From Basidiobolus meristosporus CBS 931.73 (lineage: Eukaryota > Fungi > Basidiobolomycota), in contig MCFE01000577.1 in the NCBI GenBank assembly GCA_002104905.1, positions 1 through 56,633 on the forward strand: a DNA stretch of 56,633 bases, given 5' to 3'. Below are positions 12,891 to 23,599 of this stretch, piece after piece; the first letter of the stretch is position 1; each line of letters begins with the position of its first letter. Below the pieces are notes generated by a model. It searched no databases. It saw nothing but the letters and a program-made list of their open reading frames with translations, and was not told the DNA's origin. A program made the translations under genes and the position numbers.

Positions 12891-13962
12891 TGTAGTGGGG
12901 TGACAGTGACACCCACTGACAGATGTGCTCATTCCCTTATTTTCTACTTCCCTATATCCCTACTACACTCATTTTAGTTTTATCCCATTTGTCTTACCCA
13001 ATCAGTACTATCCCATAAGCCGGTTGACTATCACACCTGCTTACCTTATTGCATAAGTTACCCCTCACTTTATGTAAGATTACTAGTTACAAGTGCTTCT
13101 ATATTAGGCAAGTACCCGCGCCAGTACCCGTGACACATGATCAACCCGTGTCACCATCCCTACCATTTCCATACCATATATGGTATCCCCATGTTACACA
13201 GGTTTCAGAATACTGATTCCTGATTGGTTGGATGTGCTGTGCCTCTTAGAACCTTCCAGCACCTACTTAGAACATTCTTAGGTCATTCTGATGTCATTAA
13301 GATTTCTATTGAACTCCGGAACCTTCTGGAACACCATGATTAGTAATCACTTAGCCAGTGAAGAAAAGTATATAAGGGAGGCTATCCCTCAACAATAAAT
13401 CATCATCCCTTTTATCAATATACCGACTTGTTGATTAGTGTGATCACTGCTACCTGCTGCTACCTGAACTTCCAACCCTAGACCACAGGACACTCCCAGG
13501 AAACCGTGCTGACAGCCAACTGACCTTGGAGGCACTACTTGTGAGGAATACTCAGAGTAGGTATCTTTTATTATATTTGATTCTTTCCCAAGTTTGTTCT
13601 TGTACAGGCAAAGATACTTTTCTGTCTTTGTAACTATTGACCAAAGCTGCATTCTTATCAAGTCCCTGCTGGTGGAGTTTACAGTTGTTTTGACTTTGGA
13701 AGCTTTAGTACATTGTCATCTCAAAGGACGCTGAACCCAGCACATACTTTTGTTAAGACGCCAACTAAGTTGGGGATTGTAGCTCAATAGTTTTCCCTTG
13801 ACAAGCTTGTGGCTTTATTCCCCTTCACATTAGATTAGAGACAGAACCCAAGTATTCCTAGCAAGCTTTTGCCAGAGGTTATCGCACCCAGTGAACACCC
13901 CACACACAAAACACTTGAGAAGTGTTGGACGTATCTCTCCCTTGGACTTATACACCACCACA
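12891..13962 (+). repeat. 5' LTR (1072 bp)
   Basis: TG...CA; offset 6105 from the 3' LTR; by eye only two differences (13258 vs 19363; 13507 vs 19612). Confidence 0.97.
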
Positions 13963-13966
13963 TATT

Positions 13967-13984
13967 TGGCACCCAACGTGGGGG
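13967..13984 (+). promoter_or_regulatory. Primer-binding site, tRNA-Lys type
   Basis: TGGCACCCAACGTGGGGG versus the canonical Lys1,2 PBS TGGCGCCCAACGTGGGGC; the internal mismatch is a CG>CA change. Confidence 0.88.
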
Positions 13985-14102
13985 GTTCATACAAGCTCCC
14001 TAGGACCCAACAAGATTTACCTGAAGATTTGAGCTGTTATCCACCTATTGAAAAGAGACTACCGATATTACCAAGATTACAACACCAACCTACCTGCCCA
14101 AC

Positions 14103-17100
14103 ATGAACTCTATGCCATTACCACTCTCACATGGAGCCCCACAGTTTGATGGAAAGAATGTGGAAAGCTTCATATTCAAATGGGAGAAGCTCTGCAAGAT
14201 GTGCAGCCTATCTGAACAAGAAATGGCTGAAGACTTCCCCTACTACTGCACCGATGATATTACCACTAAGCTTCTCAGACAAGGAGACATTCTCACTGAC
14301 TGGGCCTTAATGAAGACCTACCTACAGACCAAGTATGGTAGACCCCAGATATACTATGGAATTGAAGACCTCAGGCACTTTGGAAGAACTGGACTTTCCA
14401 AGCTACCACTTGAAGAGTTCATTCAACAGTATGAAGATATGGCCAAGCCACTCCTAGAGTCCCAGGCTATAACTGAGTTTACCATGATACTTTACCTTGC
14501 ACAAGGGCTTCCCCAGGACTTGGCAAGGAAAGTTGACTTATATGCAGCCAAGAATGACAAGTCTGGCATTCCTTGCTTTGCAGAGATCAAACGTGTTCTC
14601 CTAGAGGCAAAGCAAACTTCTACCTTTATGAGACTCCTGACATCTAATCTGCCAGACCAGTCAACCAAGGAGCCAAGGAGTGCTGCTGCTGACAATCAGA
14701 CCTACACTACCGACAGAATTGACCAACTTGCTGAACAGCTACAAAAGCTAGCCCTCAAGATTAATGGCTCAGCTGAGGTTGCTACTGAGGGACAAAGACC
14801 TTTGCCCAGGCACTGCATCTGGTGTGACTCTACTCAGCATGCCAGACGAGAATGCTCAGAGCTTAGCCAGCTACTCAGAGAAGGAGCAGTACAGTTTGAT
14901 GCTGATGGAATGCTTGCTGACAAGGAAGGAAGAAGGATTCCCACTAATTTCCAAAGAGGAGGGATGAGAGCCCTTTTCCAGAAATCTGACTCAGCAACCA
15001 GAAAGATTACTGTTGATGCCCCTATTGGGACTCATAAAGTGAATTCAAGCAGCTCTGACAACAGACAATATGAAGTTGATGCCTTTGCTACCAAAAGACA
15101 CCTCCCTGAAGAACCTGCCAAACCCATCCTTAGAAGACCACAATTTGAAGAACCTGAAGTTGTTATTGACAAGAGGCCTAGTATGCTGCCCACCCAAGAT
15201 CCATTGCCTCACTTTCAGATGACCTCAAAGATAGCAAGCTACTCAAGCCCTCAACTGATTACTGAGAAGCTGCTGAAGCAGAACCTCACTTTGTCAGTTG
15301 GAGAAATCATGAGTGTATCCCCATCTGTTAGGAAGACCTTTGATGAGCAGCTTAGAACAAGACGACAAGCTGTTGAACATATGGACACTCATATAATTCA
15401 GACAAACCATGAAGACCACCAAAAGGATGACAACACTACTGAATATAAGACCTTCTACTCAGTTGCAACTGCTGTGGTGAAAGGGTATATATATGATGAC
15501 CCTGTTGACTGCCATATTGACAGTGGCTCAGAGATTTGTGTTATGCCGCTAGACTTCTGGAAGACACTTAAAAGCAAGGAGCTACTGCCTGTTGATAGAG
15601 ATATTGGATGGAACATGACCGATGCAAACTCAGGATCTAGTCCACTCTATGGTGTAGTACACAAGTTTCCTATTGAGGTACAAGGAATCAAGGTCTGGCT
15701 TCCCCTCTTCATCTGCCAGAAGGCAAACTTTGACCTACTGCTAGGTAGACCATGGGAAACCAGTACTAAGGCTACAACTACCAACTATTCCGATGGGTCA
15801 GTATGGTACACCATACAAGGATCCAATCCAGGACTACAGTCAACCTTCTGTGGTGTAACACCCAACAATAAGAGGACACATACTGCTTGCCAGAAGGCAC
15901 ATCTTGTTATGGAAGAAGATGAAGAGCCTGACAATATACACCCCAACATTTGGAGCTGCTCATTAGGTATACAGGAGCAAACAGCTATGGTTCGAACAAA
16001 ATACAAGACAGTAGAACAGAAGATTAGACCATCACTTACACCTTTGACTGATGGATCCCGACCTGCTGATTACATTAGACCACCAGAAGAAACACCAGAT
16101 GATACACGACTTACACCTGAGAGACTTAAGCAACTTATCATTGGTGATGGAAACCTTACACCAGAGGAGATACTATTATTTAAGGAGACCTTGAAAAGGC
16201 ATGATAAGGTCTTCTCATATAATGACAAGGAGATGGGACTCTTAAAGACATCGGTTGAAAAACCCATCAAGATTCATACAGTGCCCCACACACCCTGGTC
16301 ATTTAAGCCTTACCCACTGCCCAGAGGACTCCAAGCTGATGTGCATGACCTACTTAAGAAGAAGATAGAAGCTGGTATCCTAGAACCTTGCCATGGACCC
16401 TATGCTAACAGATGGTTTGTGACCAAAAAGAAGAATGGAAAGCTCCGATTCATTCAAGACATGCAACCTGCAAATGCTGTCACTATCAGAGATGCTGCTA
16501 TACCTCCATCTATTGATGACTTTGCAGAAAGCTTTAGTGGCCACTCCATCTACTCAACATACGATCTCTACTCAGGATATGACCAGATTCCCCTTGATGA
16601 GACATCAAGAGATATGTTTGCACTACAGACACCATTTGGACTATTAAGGATGACAAGACTCAGCCAAGGGGCTACAAACTCCGTGGCTCAGTTCCAGAGA
16701 TGCATGGTGAATGTGCTATACCAGTTTATACCTGAGAAACTTGCTGTCTTTGTGGATGACATAGGCATCAAAGGATCAAAATTCCGGGACACCACTGAAG
16801 TTATGCCTGGAGTAAGAAAGTTTGTCTATGACCATATTGCAGACAATGATGCCATATTAGGAGCCATTGAAGAAGCTGGACTCACCATCAGTGGTGAGAA
16901 AAGCAGCTTTGGTGTATCAGAGATATCCATTGTTGGACAAAAATGCAACACCTTTGGTCGCTCACCTGGAGACTCCAAGACACAAAAGATATGCAACTGG
17001 CCTACCCCCACAAATCTAACACAAGCTCGTGGCTTTGTGGCAGCTTGTGGGTTCTTTAGGATCTGGATCCCAAGATTTTCTGAGATAGCAGAACCAATCT

Positions 17101-18956
17101 ACCGACTACAGAGAAAGAATACCCCATTTATCTGGGGAGAAGAGCAAGAAGAAGCCATGCAATTACTGAAAGAGGCCTTAGTATCTCCACCAGTTCTAAG
17201 ACCTCTTGACTATCAAAACACTGAATGCCCACCTATTTTGACAGTGGATGCAAGCCCCATAGGAGCTGGAGCACTACTTGGACAAGATGATGAAGATGGC
17301 AACCGCTATGCCTGCAGATATGAGAGCTGCCTATTCTCTCCTAGAGAACAAAGATACTCACAGATTAAGAGAGAACTACTAGGAGTTGTGAAGATGCTGA
17401 GGAAACTGAAGTCACAACTCTACATGACACATTTTATCCTGGAGACAGATGCCAAGCCACTTATAGGAATGATCAACAAGCCTGACCTACCTGATGATGC
17501 CACAAACCGATGGATGGCATGGCTGAAAATGTTTGACTTTGAGGTCAAACATATCCCTGGCAAGACAAATGTTGTGGCTGATGCACTCTCCAGGAAGGGA
17601 CCACAATTATTTGAAGACTTGGACCCTCACTTTGATGATATTATTGATGCAGAGATCCGACAGATTGCCATCAAAGACCAAGAGAGAACTACCTGGAGTC
17701 TGATCAAGGAATATCTAAGGACACTTAAGAAACCTAGTTGGATGGATATTCAGGAGTTTAGAAAACTCAGGAAGAAGGCACACCACTACTATCTTAAAGA
17801 TGATCTTCTCTTTAAGCGAGTGAAGCCTGGACTTATGCCAAGAAGAGTAGTCACCACCCCTCAAGAGCAACTGAACATCATGACAAGTATCCACCAAGGA
17901 GAACCAGGAGGACATAGAGGACGAGAAGCCACATACAATACCACAGCTCAGAGGTACTACTGGGAAAACATGTACTATGATATCCAGCACTTTGTTGAGT
18001 CATGTGTAGCCTGCCAGAAGAGATCCTCCAAGCGTTATGAAGAACCACTGCATCCTACTTACACAATCTGTCTATGGCAAAAGGTTGGTATTGACCTTGT
18101 CCACATGCCAACAGCTGGATCAAAAAAGTACCTGATTGTTGCTAGAGATGACCTTAGTGGATGGGCAGAGGCTCGAGCCTTGCCCAACAACAAGAGCCAT
18201 ACCATATGGAGATTTATACTTGAAGACATCATCTGCAGATTTGGCTGCATCCGACAGTTTGTTGCTGACAGAGGAGAGATGACATCCCAAATGATCCAGG
18301 AGTTGTGCTCAAAGTACAAGATACACATAGCTTTCACAACAGCTTACCACCCTCAAGCCAATGGAATGATAGAGAGAGGACATGGACCATTGGTGAACTC
18401 TCTTGTCAAGGCCTGTGAGAATAACACAACACTGTGGCCACAGCAATTACATCTTGCACTCTGGGCAGATAGAATTACTACCAAGAGAACAACTGGATTA
18501 TCGCCATTCAAGCTACTCTATGGACATGACTGCATACTACCAGTTGAGTTAAACACAGTCACTTGGAACTCATTGAATTGGAGATCCAATATGCAGACTG
18601 AAGACCTCCTTGCAACTCGCATACAGCAACTTGATCACCATGACTTGAATATTAGCAGAGCTGCTGAACAACTTAAGGACACACGACTAAAGAACAAGGT
18701 GCCCTTTGACAAATCACACCCAACAAGGCCAAAACCACTATCACTAGGAGACCCAGTATTACTCTATGATTCTACCTTGGACAAGCAATGGAGTCGGAAG
18801 TTTGACAACAAATGGACTGGCCCCTACCTCATTTCCAAAGTGATTGGAAATGGAAGTTATTACATATCTGAGCTTGACAACACCCAGTTGAGAGCACCAG
18901 TTGCTGGAAATCGACTTAAGTTATTCAAGCATAGGAATTTTGCACATCAAGATTAG
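14103..18956 (+). CDS. Gag-Pol polyprotein, 1617 aa, single ORF
   Basis: Gag; zinc knuckle CIWCDSTQHARREC; DUF4100-like segment; protease HIDSGSEI; RT YDLYSGYDQ and VFVDD; RNase H TVDAS, ETDAKPL, VADALSR; integrase H-H-C-C (GGHRG...CVACQ) with D-D-E core (GIDL, ADRG, MIERGH); GPY tail; no chromodomain. Confidence 0.97.
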   Translation: MNSMPLPLSHGAPQFDGKNVESFIFKWEKLCKMCSLSEQEMAEDFPYYCTDDITTKLLRQGDILTDWALMKTYLQTKYGRPQIYYGIEDLRHFGRTGLSKLPLEEFIQQYEDMAKPLLESQAITEFTMILYLAQGLPQDLARKVDLYAAKNDKSGIPCFAEIKRVLLEAKQTSTFMRLLTSNLPDQSTKEPRSAAADNQTYTTDRIDQLAEQLQKLALKINGSAEVATEGQRPLPRHCIWCDSTQHARRECSELSQLLREGAVQFDADGMLADKEGRRIPTNFQRGGMRALFQKSDSATRKITVDAPIGTHKVNSSSSDNRQYEVDAFATKRHLPEEPAKPILRRPQFEEPEVVIDKRPSMLPTQDPLPHFQMTSKIASYSSPQLITEKLLKQNLTLSVGEIMSVSPSVRKTFDEQLRTRRQAVEHMDTHIIQTNHEDHQKDDNTTEYKTFYSVATAVVKGYIYDDPVDCHIDSGSEICVMPLDFWKTLKSKELLPVDRDIGWNMTDANSGSSPLYGVVHKFPIEVQGIKVWLPLFICQKANFDLLLGRPWETSTKATTTNYSDGSVWYTIQGSNPGLQSTFCGVTPNNKRTHTACQKAHLVMEEDEEPDNIHPNIWSCSLGIQEQTAMVRTKYKTVEQKIRPSLTPLTDGSRPADYIRPPEETPDDTRLTPERLKQLIIGDGNLTPEEILLFKETLKRHDKVFSYNDKEMGLLKTSVEKPIKIHTVPHTPWSFKPYPLPRGLQADVHDLLKKKIEAGILEPCHGPYANRWFVTKKKNGKLRFIQDMQPANAVTIRDAAIPPSIDDFAESFSGHSIYSTYDLYSGYDQIPLDETSRDMFALQTPFGLLRMTRLSQGATNSVAQFQRCMVNVLYQFIPEKLAVFVDDIGIKGSKFRDTTEVMPGVRKFVYDHIADNDAILGAIEEAGLTISGEKSSFGVSEISIVGQKCNTFGRSPGDSKTQKICNWPTPTNLTQARGFVAACGFFRIWIPRFSEIAEPIYRLQRKNTPFIWGEEQEEAMQLLKEALVSPPVLRPLDYQNTECPPILTVDASPIGAGALLGQDDEDGNRYACRYESCLFSPREQRYSQIKRELLGVVKMLRKLKSQLYMTHFILETDAKPLIGMINKPDLPDDATNRWMAWLKMFDFEVKHIPGKTNVVADALSRKGPQLFEDLDPHFDDIIDAEIRQIAIKDQERTTWSLIKEYLRTLKKPSWMDIQEFRKLRKKAHHYYLKDDLLFKRVKPGLMPRRVVTTPQEQLNIMTSIHQGEPGGHRGREATYNTTAQRYYWENMYYDIQHFVESCVACQKRSSKRYEEPLHPTYTICLWQKVGIDLVHMPTAGSKKYLIVARDDLSGWAEARALPNNKSHTIWRFILEDIICRFGCIRQFVADRGEMTSQMIQELCSKYKIHIAFTTAYHPQANGMIERGHGPLVNSLVKACENNTTLWPQQLHLALWADRITTKRTTGLSPFKLLYGHDCILPVELNTVTWNSLNWRSNMQTEDLLATRIQQLDHHDLNISRAAEQLKDTRLKNKVPFDKSHPTRPKPLSLGDPVLLYDSTLDKQWSRKFDNKWTGPYLISKVIGNGSYYISELDNTQLRAPVAGNRLKLFKHRNFAHQD

Positions 18957-18981
18957 TTTGCTTTGACCCAAGTTCAAAGCT

Positions 18982-18995
18982 GAGAGGGGGGTGGA
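18982..18995 (+). promoter_or_regulatory. Polypurine tract
   Basis: GAGAGGGGGGTGGA immediately before the TG of the 3' LTR. Confidence 0.9.
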
Positions 18996-20067
18996 TGTAG
19001 TGGGGTGACAGTGACACCCACTGACAGATGTGCTCATTCCCTTATTTTCTACTTCCCTATATCCCTACTACACTCATTTTAGTTTTATCCCATTTGTCTT
19101 ACCCAATCAGTACTATCCCATAAGCCGGTTGACTATCACACCTGCTTACCTTATTGCATAAGTTACCCCTCACTTTATGTAAGATTACTAGTTACAAGTG
19201 CTTCTATATTAGGCAAGTACCCGCGCCAGTACCCGTGACACATGATCAACCCGTGTCACCATCCCTACCATTTCCATACCATATATGGTATCCCCATGTT
19301 ACACAGGTTTCAGAATACTGATTCCTGATTGGTTGGATGTGCTGTGCCTCTTAGAACCTTCCGGCACCTACTTAGAACATTCTTAGGTCATTCTGATGTC
19401 ATTAAGATTTCTATTGAACTCCGGAACCTTCTGGAACACCATGATTAGTAATCACTTAGCCAGTGAAGAAAAGTATATAAGGGAGGCTATCCCTCAACAA
19501 TAAATCATCATCCCTTTTATCAATATACCGACTTGTTGATTAGTGTGATCACTGCTACCTGCTGCTACCTGAACTTCCAACCCTAGACCACAGGACACTC
19601 CCAGGAAACCGCGCTGACAGCCAACTGACCTTGGAGGCACTACTTGTGAGGAATACTCAGAGTAGGTATCTTTTATTATATTTGATTCTTTCCCAAGTTT
19701 GTTCTTGTACAGGCAAAGATACTTTTCTGTCTTTGTAACTATTGACCAAAGCTGCATTCTTATCAAGTCCCTGCTGGTGGAGTTTACAGTTGTTTTGACT
19801 TTGGAAGCTTTAGTACATTGTCATCTCAAAGGACGCTGAACCCAGCACATACTTTTGTTAAGACGCCAACTAAGTTGGGGATTGTAGCTCAATAGTTTTC
19901 CCTTGACAAGCTTGTGGCTTTATTCCCCTTCACATTAGATTAGAGACAGAACCCAAGTATTCCTAGCAAGCTTTTGCCAGAGGTTATCGCACCCAGTGAA
20001 CACCCCACACACAAAACACTTGAGAAGTGTTGGACGTATCTCTCCCTTGGACTTATACACCACCACA
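18996..20067 (+). repeat. 3' LTR (1072 bp)
   Basis: Near-identical to 12891-13962. Confidence 0.97.
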
Positions 20068-21949
20068 ACGCCAACTAAGTTGGGGATTGTAGCTCAATAG
20101 TTTTCCCTTGACAAGCTTGTGGCTTTATTACCCATCACATTAGATTAGAGACAGAACCCAAGTATTCCTAGCAAGCTTTTGCCAGAGGTTATTGCACCCA
20201 GTGAACACCCCACACACAAAACACTTGAGATGTGTTGGACACATCTCTCCCTTGGACTTATACACCACCACAATGGGCTGGACATGTCTGTTAGTGCTTC
20301 AACTTTGGGAACTAAAGAGATTTGAATACGTTTTGCCTCAAATGACTAATGAGTGCATGATATATTAGTAGAGCTAAGTGGCTTCCAAGAGCAATATACA
20401 CAGGACTCATCCAGGCAACAGCTCCAAAGTATCAGACAGAGGGTCAGTGAATACCTTGAGGAATCAGATGGTGAGCTTCAAGAGGAAGAATATAGACCAC
20501 AAGCAACAGCATCTAGATTGCTCCAGCATGTCTTGCTGGATTCCTTATAATCCCTTGCAACTTCAGTTTGCTGGCACACATCAGTCTAAACTACACCAAC
20601 ACCCTTCACAAAAGCGGCCCACATCAAGTCAATGCATGTAGAGTTAATGTGCTTGTTTCTGAGCCAACCACCAGAACTTGCCAAACTGCTCATTTAGACA
20701 CAAGTCCATTGGAGCAGGCCAAGTTGCATCACTTAGCGGCATCACATTGAACTCAGCCAAGGGCCATGCCAGCTCATCCATTTATGCCTGCACATGCCAT
20801 TACACCTCACCATCAGCAAGGTTGCTGCAGGTGTTACTATATGTAGTTGTCTGGCAGCATCAGACCATAGATTCTTCTGTTATATGGGTTATAAAGAATA
20901 CCCATGATAGTAGTGAGTAAGCAGATAAAGAGATATAATTCTATATTGGAACATATAAATGTTATATAGGGCAATAGAAAATGAAATATCATTCAGTAAG
21001 CTGATATGGTGGCATTCTAGATACTAGCTGTAGGCTGTTATACTTCCATGATCTTGCCAACCAAGCCCCACATGAAGGCTGACAAAGCATCATCAAGTTT
21101 TCCCTATTTATGGCAAACACATCCCTCTGAGAAATAATGGAATGAGCATATCAAAAGGCCATTGCATGGTTCAAATCCCATGAGTAGAAGATAGTGATGT
21201 AATTGAAACACTGTGCACAAACCACTAAAGAGCTGTACCTTAGATTCCACAAAAAACCTGGTCAAAAATCTCTTCACATCTATTCCTCAGTTGCTTTAGA
21301 TTGGTTCTCTGTTCATTTTGTCACATTCTGATTCCAGAAACTCAATCTCTTCTTTTGTCTGTATACCCTTATTGGCTATTGCATTTTTTTCATGCTCCTT
21401 ACTTCCAAGTGCAATAGAAGGTCTAGCTTTCCATACAAAGAAATTGGTTCATATGTATCAAATCCTCTGTGACAGCTGAATTACAGATTAAAATGATATA
21501 TCTAAGTCCATATACCCAACACCTGCATTTTGCCCAACTATAACAAGTAACTCTGTTAAAATTCACCAAAATATATATCTACCATAAAGCCCATTTTTCA
21601 TAACATTGACAGGAACCCTATGGCAGTCTACCTAGCCTTTAGCAGATACTCTACAGTATTTTGCCATTTCTTAGTCACTGGCTCCCATATATCATGGTCT
21701 TCAGCCAGCACTACAAGGCCTATTACTTTATATGCCAGCCATTGGAGCAAATTCTTTCAATAGTCAAGTATATTTTCTTGACCCTATGAGAAATTATTGT
21801 GATGATCCCATCAAACAGCCGTCACAGATTTAAAGTCCCAAGACTAAGAGATATTGAACCCATCAGGACACTGTATAGAGACCATTGAAAAATAATTGCA
21901 CCACGGATTTCACAAAAAACTTGGTCAGAATTTTCATCACCACAATATA

Positions 21950-22570
21950 TAAGTGGCTTTTGATTGATTCCCTACCAACTTGCTCACTTTTTGATTCTGG
22001 ACACTTGATCACCTCCTATGTTTGTGTACATTGACTGGCCATTGCCTCTTTTTCACATTCCTAACTTCCTGACTCAACTATTTCTCTTACATTTCATGCC
22101 TAAAAATGGATATATTTCCGTTGAAACTTCAACTGAACCCCAATTGCCAATTTTATTGACCTATACAAGTCCCTACACCTTAAACTAACATAAAGCCCAG
22201 CCCCACACTCAGCAAGTAACTCCATTAAAATTCACCACATAATAAGTATTTCTGTTGTAATGCTCCGTTTCCATAACTTTGGTGGGAACCCAACAGCTTT
22301 ATGCCAATGTCATTCACTGGTTCCCACACGTCCTGGTCTTCAGCCAGCATGGCAAGGTCTAGCACCTCATCTGCCAGTCTTTGCAATAAATACTTGCAAT
22401 ATCCAAGTGAGTTTTCTTGAGCACTGCTCATGAAGAAGTGCTGCAGCCTCTTGTTGTGCCTATTAATGTGCCAAGGTTCCACTGGAGGCATTGTGATAAT
22501 CTTTTGAGTTGTTGACAGTGTAGACTTGTCTGTTGGTGGGATATCCACTCTCTCAACAGTGGAGGATATG
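21950..22570. repeat. Unclassified dispersed repeat, copy 2
   Basis: Homologous to 6650-7230 in the same orientation. A ~110-bp module at ~22312-22420 also recurs at ~21670-21780. Confidence 0.75.
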
Positions 22571-22859
22571 GAGGCTGTGGTAGACCAGTTGCCTTTTCTG
22601 CAAACTCATCTACCTTGCTGGAGTGTAGCTCAAATGGCTGCACTTCCAACCTGTGTGAAAAGAGCTGTTTTCTGGTTGGTAATTTTTCTTGGCTATGATG
22701 GGATTCAGTCTGTTCCAGGCCTGCAGCATTAATTAGCAAGAACTGCAGTACTTTCTGCATGCTTCACTGTCTCAGGCTTGGGTAGAAATTCTTCCTTTAC
22801 CTTTTCCTTGATTACTAACTGGTCTTTCAATGCTACATTGTCTGAGTGCTTCTTGTACC

Positions 22860-23225
22860 CTAAAAAAAATAAGAAAAGGCCAGTAAAATACCATCATAAT
22901 ATCAGCTGAAATCCAAGTTTCTCCAAATTGATAACTTTCAATATCTTTGTTGTTAGCTGGTGGGCAGGCAAGCAAACTGATTCTCCAGGAGGAGACTAGG
23001 CCAGCAAGCATCCATGCCAAGCTTTATAATTAGCTGCCCATTACTTATATTAAGAGCTGCATTTGAAATCTTGAGCCAAAAATATCAGCAGCATACCAGC
23101 AAAATACCATTAGAATACCATTAGAATACCATCAGAACACCAGCAGAACACCAGCAGAACACCAGCAGAATACCAGCCAGAAATCAGATGAACTCCAAGT
23201 ATGAGATATTTCATAGGGGTAATGA
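22860..23225. repeat. Fragment homologous to the Copia-1 LTR interior, with an 11-bp tandem array
   Basis: Reverse-complement match to ~1880-2210; seven AGAA(T/C)ACCA(TT/TC/GC)-type units at 23101-23177. Confidence 0.8.
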
Positions 23226-23599
23226 ACTACATTTTCTCCTTGATAAATTCTGCTCTGATGCATCTATTTTGGCCTGCTTGTCCCTTACTGGCACTCTCCT
23301 GACCACCTGATGTTTCTTTGCTGCTTGTTTTAAGCTCTCAGCCATAGTTGCGATGGGCTTCTAAGAAAGCACTGGTTTTCATCACTGCAAGGTCCTTCAC
23401 TGCTACTTTGACTGATTGCTTTTTAAGTGGTACTACACTTTTCCTTGAAAAATGTTGTGCTGTGCATCCATGTCTGCCTGCTTGCCCCTTGTTGGCACTC
23501 CTCCAGCTACCTGACATCTCTTTGACACATGCTTGGAGCTTTTGGCCCTGCTTCTAAAGGGCTCTTGAGGAAGCTGCTAGTTTTTAGCCATGGCACCCT

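Larger units (their letters stand above)
12891..20067 (+). mobile_element. Intact, very young Ty3/Gypsy LTR retrotransposon, 4-bp TSD ACGC
   Basis: LTRs 12891-13962 and 18996-20067; ACGC at 12887-90 and 20068-71; PBS, PPT and an uninterrupted gag-pol ORF are all present. Confidence 0.98.
12021..20272 (+). mobile_element. Old solo LTR of the young Gypsy family, split into 12021-12890 and 20072-20272 by the intact element
   Basis: Begins TGTAGTGGGG and ends CACCACCACA; the rejoined length is 1071 bp. Flanks are ACAG (12017-20) and ATGG (20273-76); the empty site in copy B reads ACGG (28848-51). Confidence 0.92.
10221..20830. mobile_element. PHIS/Harbinger-related DNA transposon copy A (old, right end truncated, interrupted by 12021-20272)
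   Basis: Degenerate TIR AGAATTTTTCTGTTG at 10221, preceded by AAT. Colinear with copies B and C. ORF2 resumes at 20273 after the LTR insertions. Confidence 0.85.

Noticed and set aside
13389-13661. 90-aa antisense ORF in the LTR, repeated at 19494-19766
   Set aside because: Its duplication only reflects LTR identity, it starts at a non-ATG codon, and the sister LTR (29156-29959) diverges in this region.
13967-13984. tRNA-like sequence
   Set aside because: An 18-nt primer-binding site only; no cloverleaf was found anywhere in the window.
13891-14106. 71-aa ORF whose stop overlaps the gag ATG (ATGA)
   Set aside because: Starts at GTG inside the LTR and runs through the PBS; probably chance. 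There is no evidence for termination-reinitiation.
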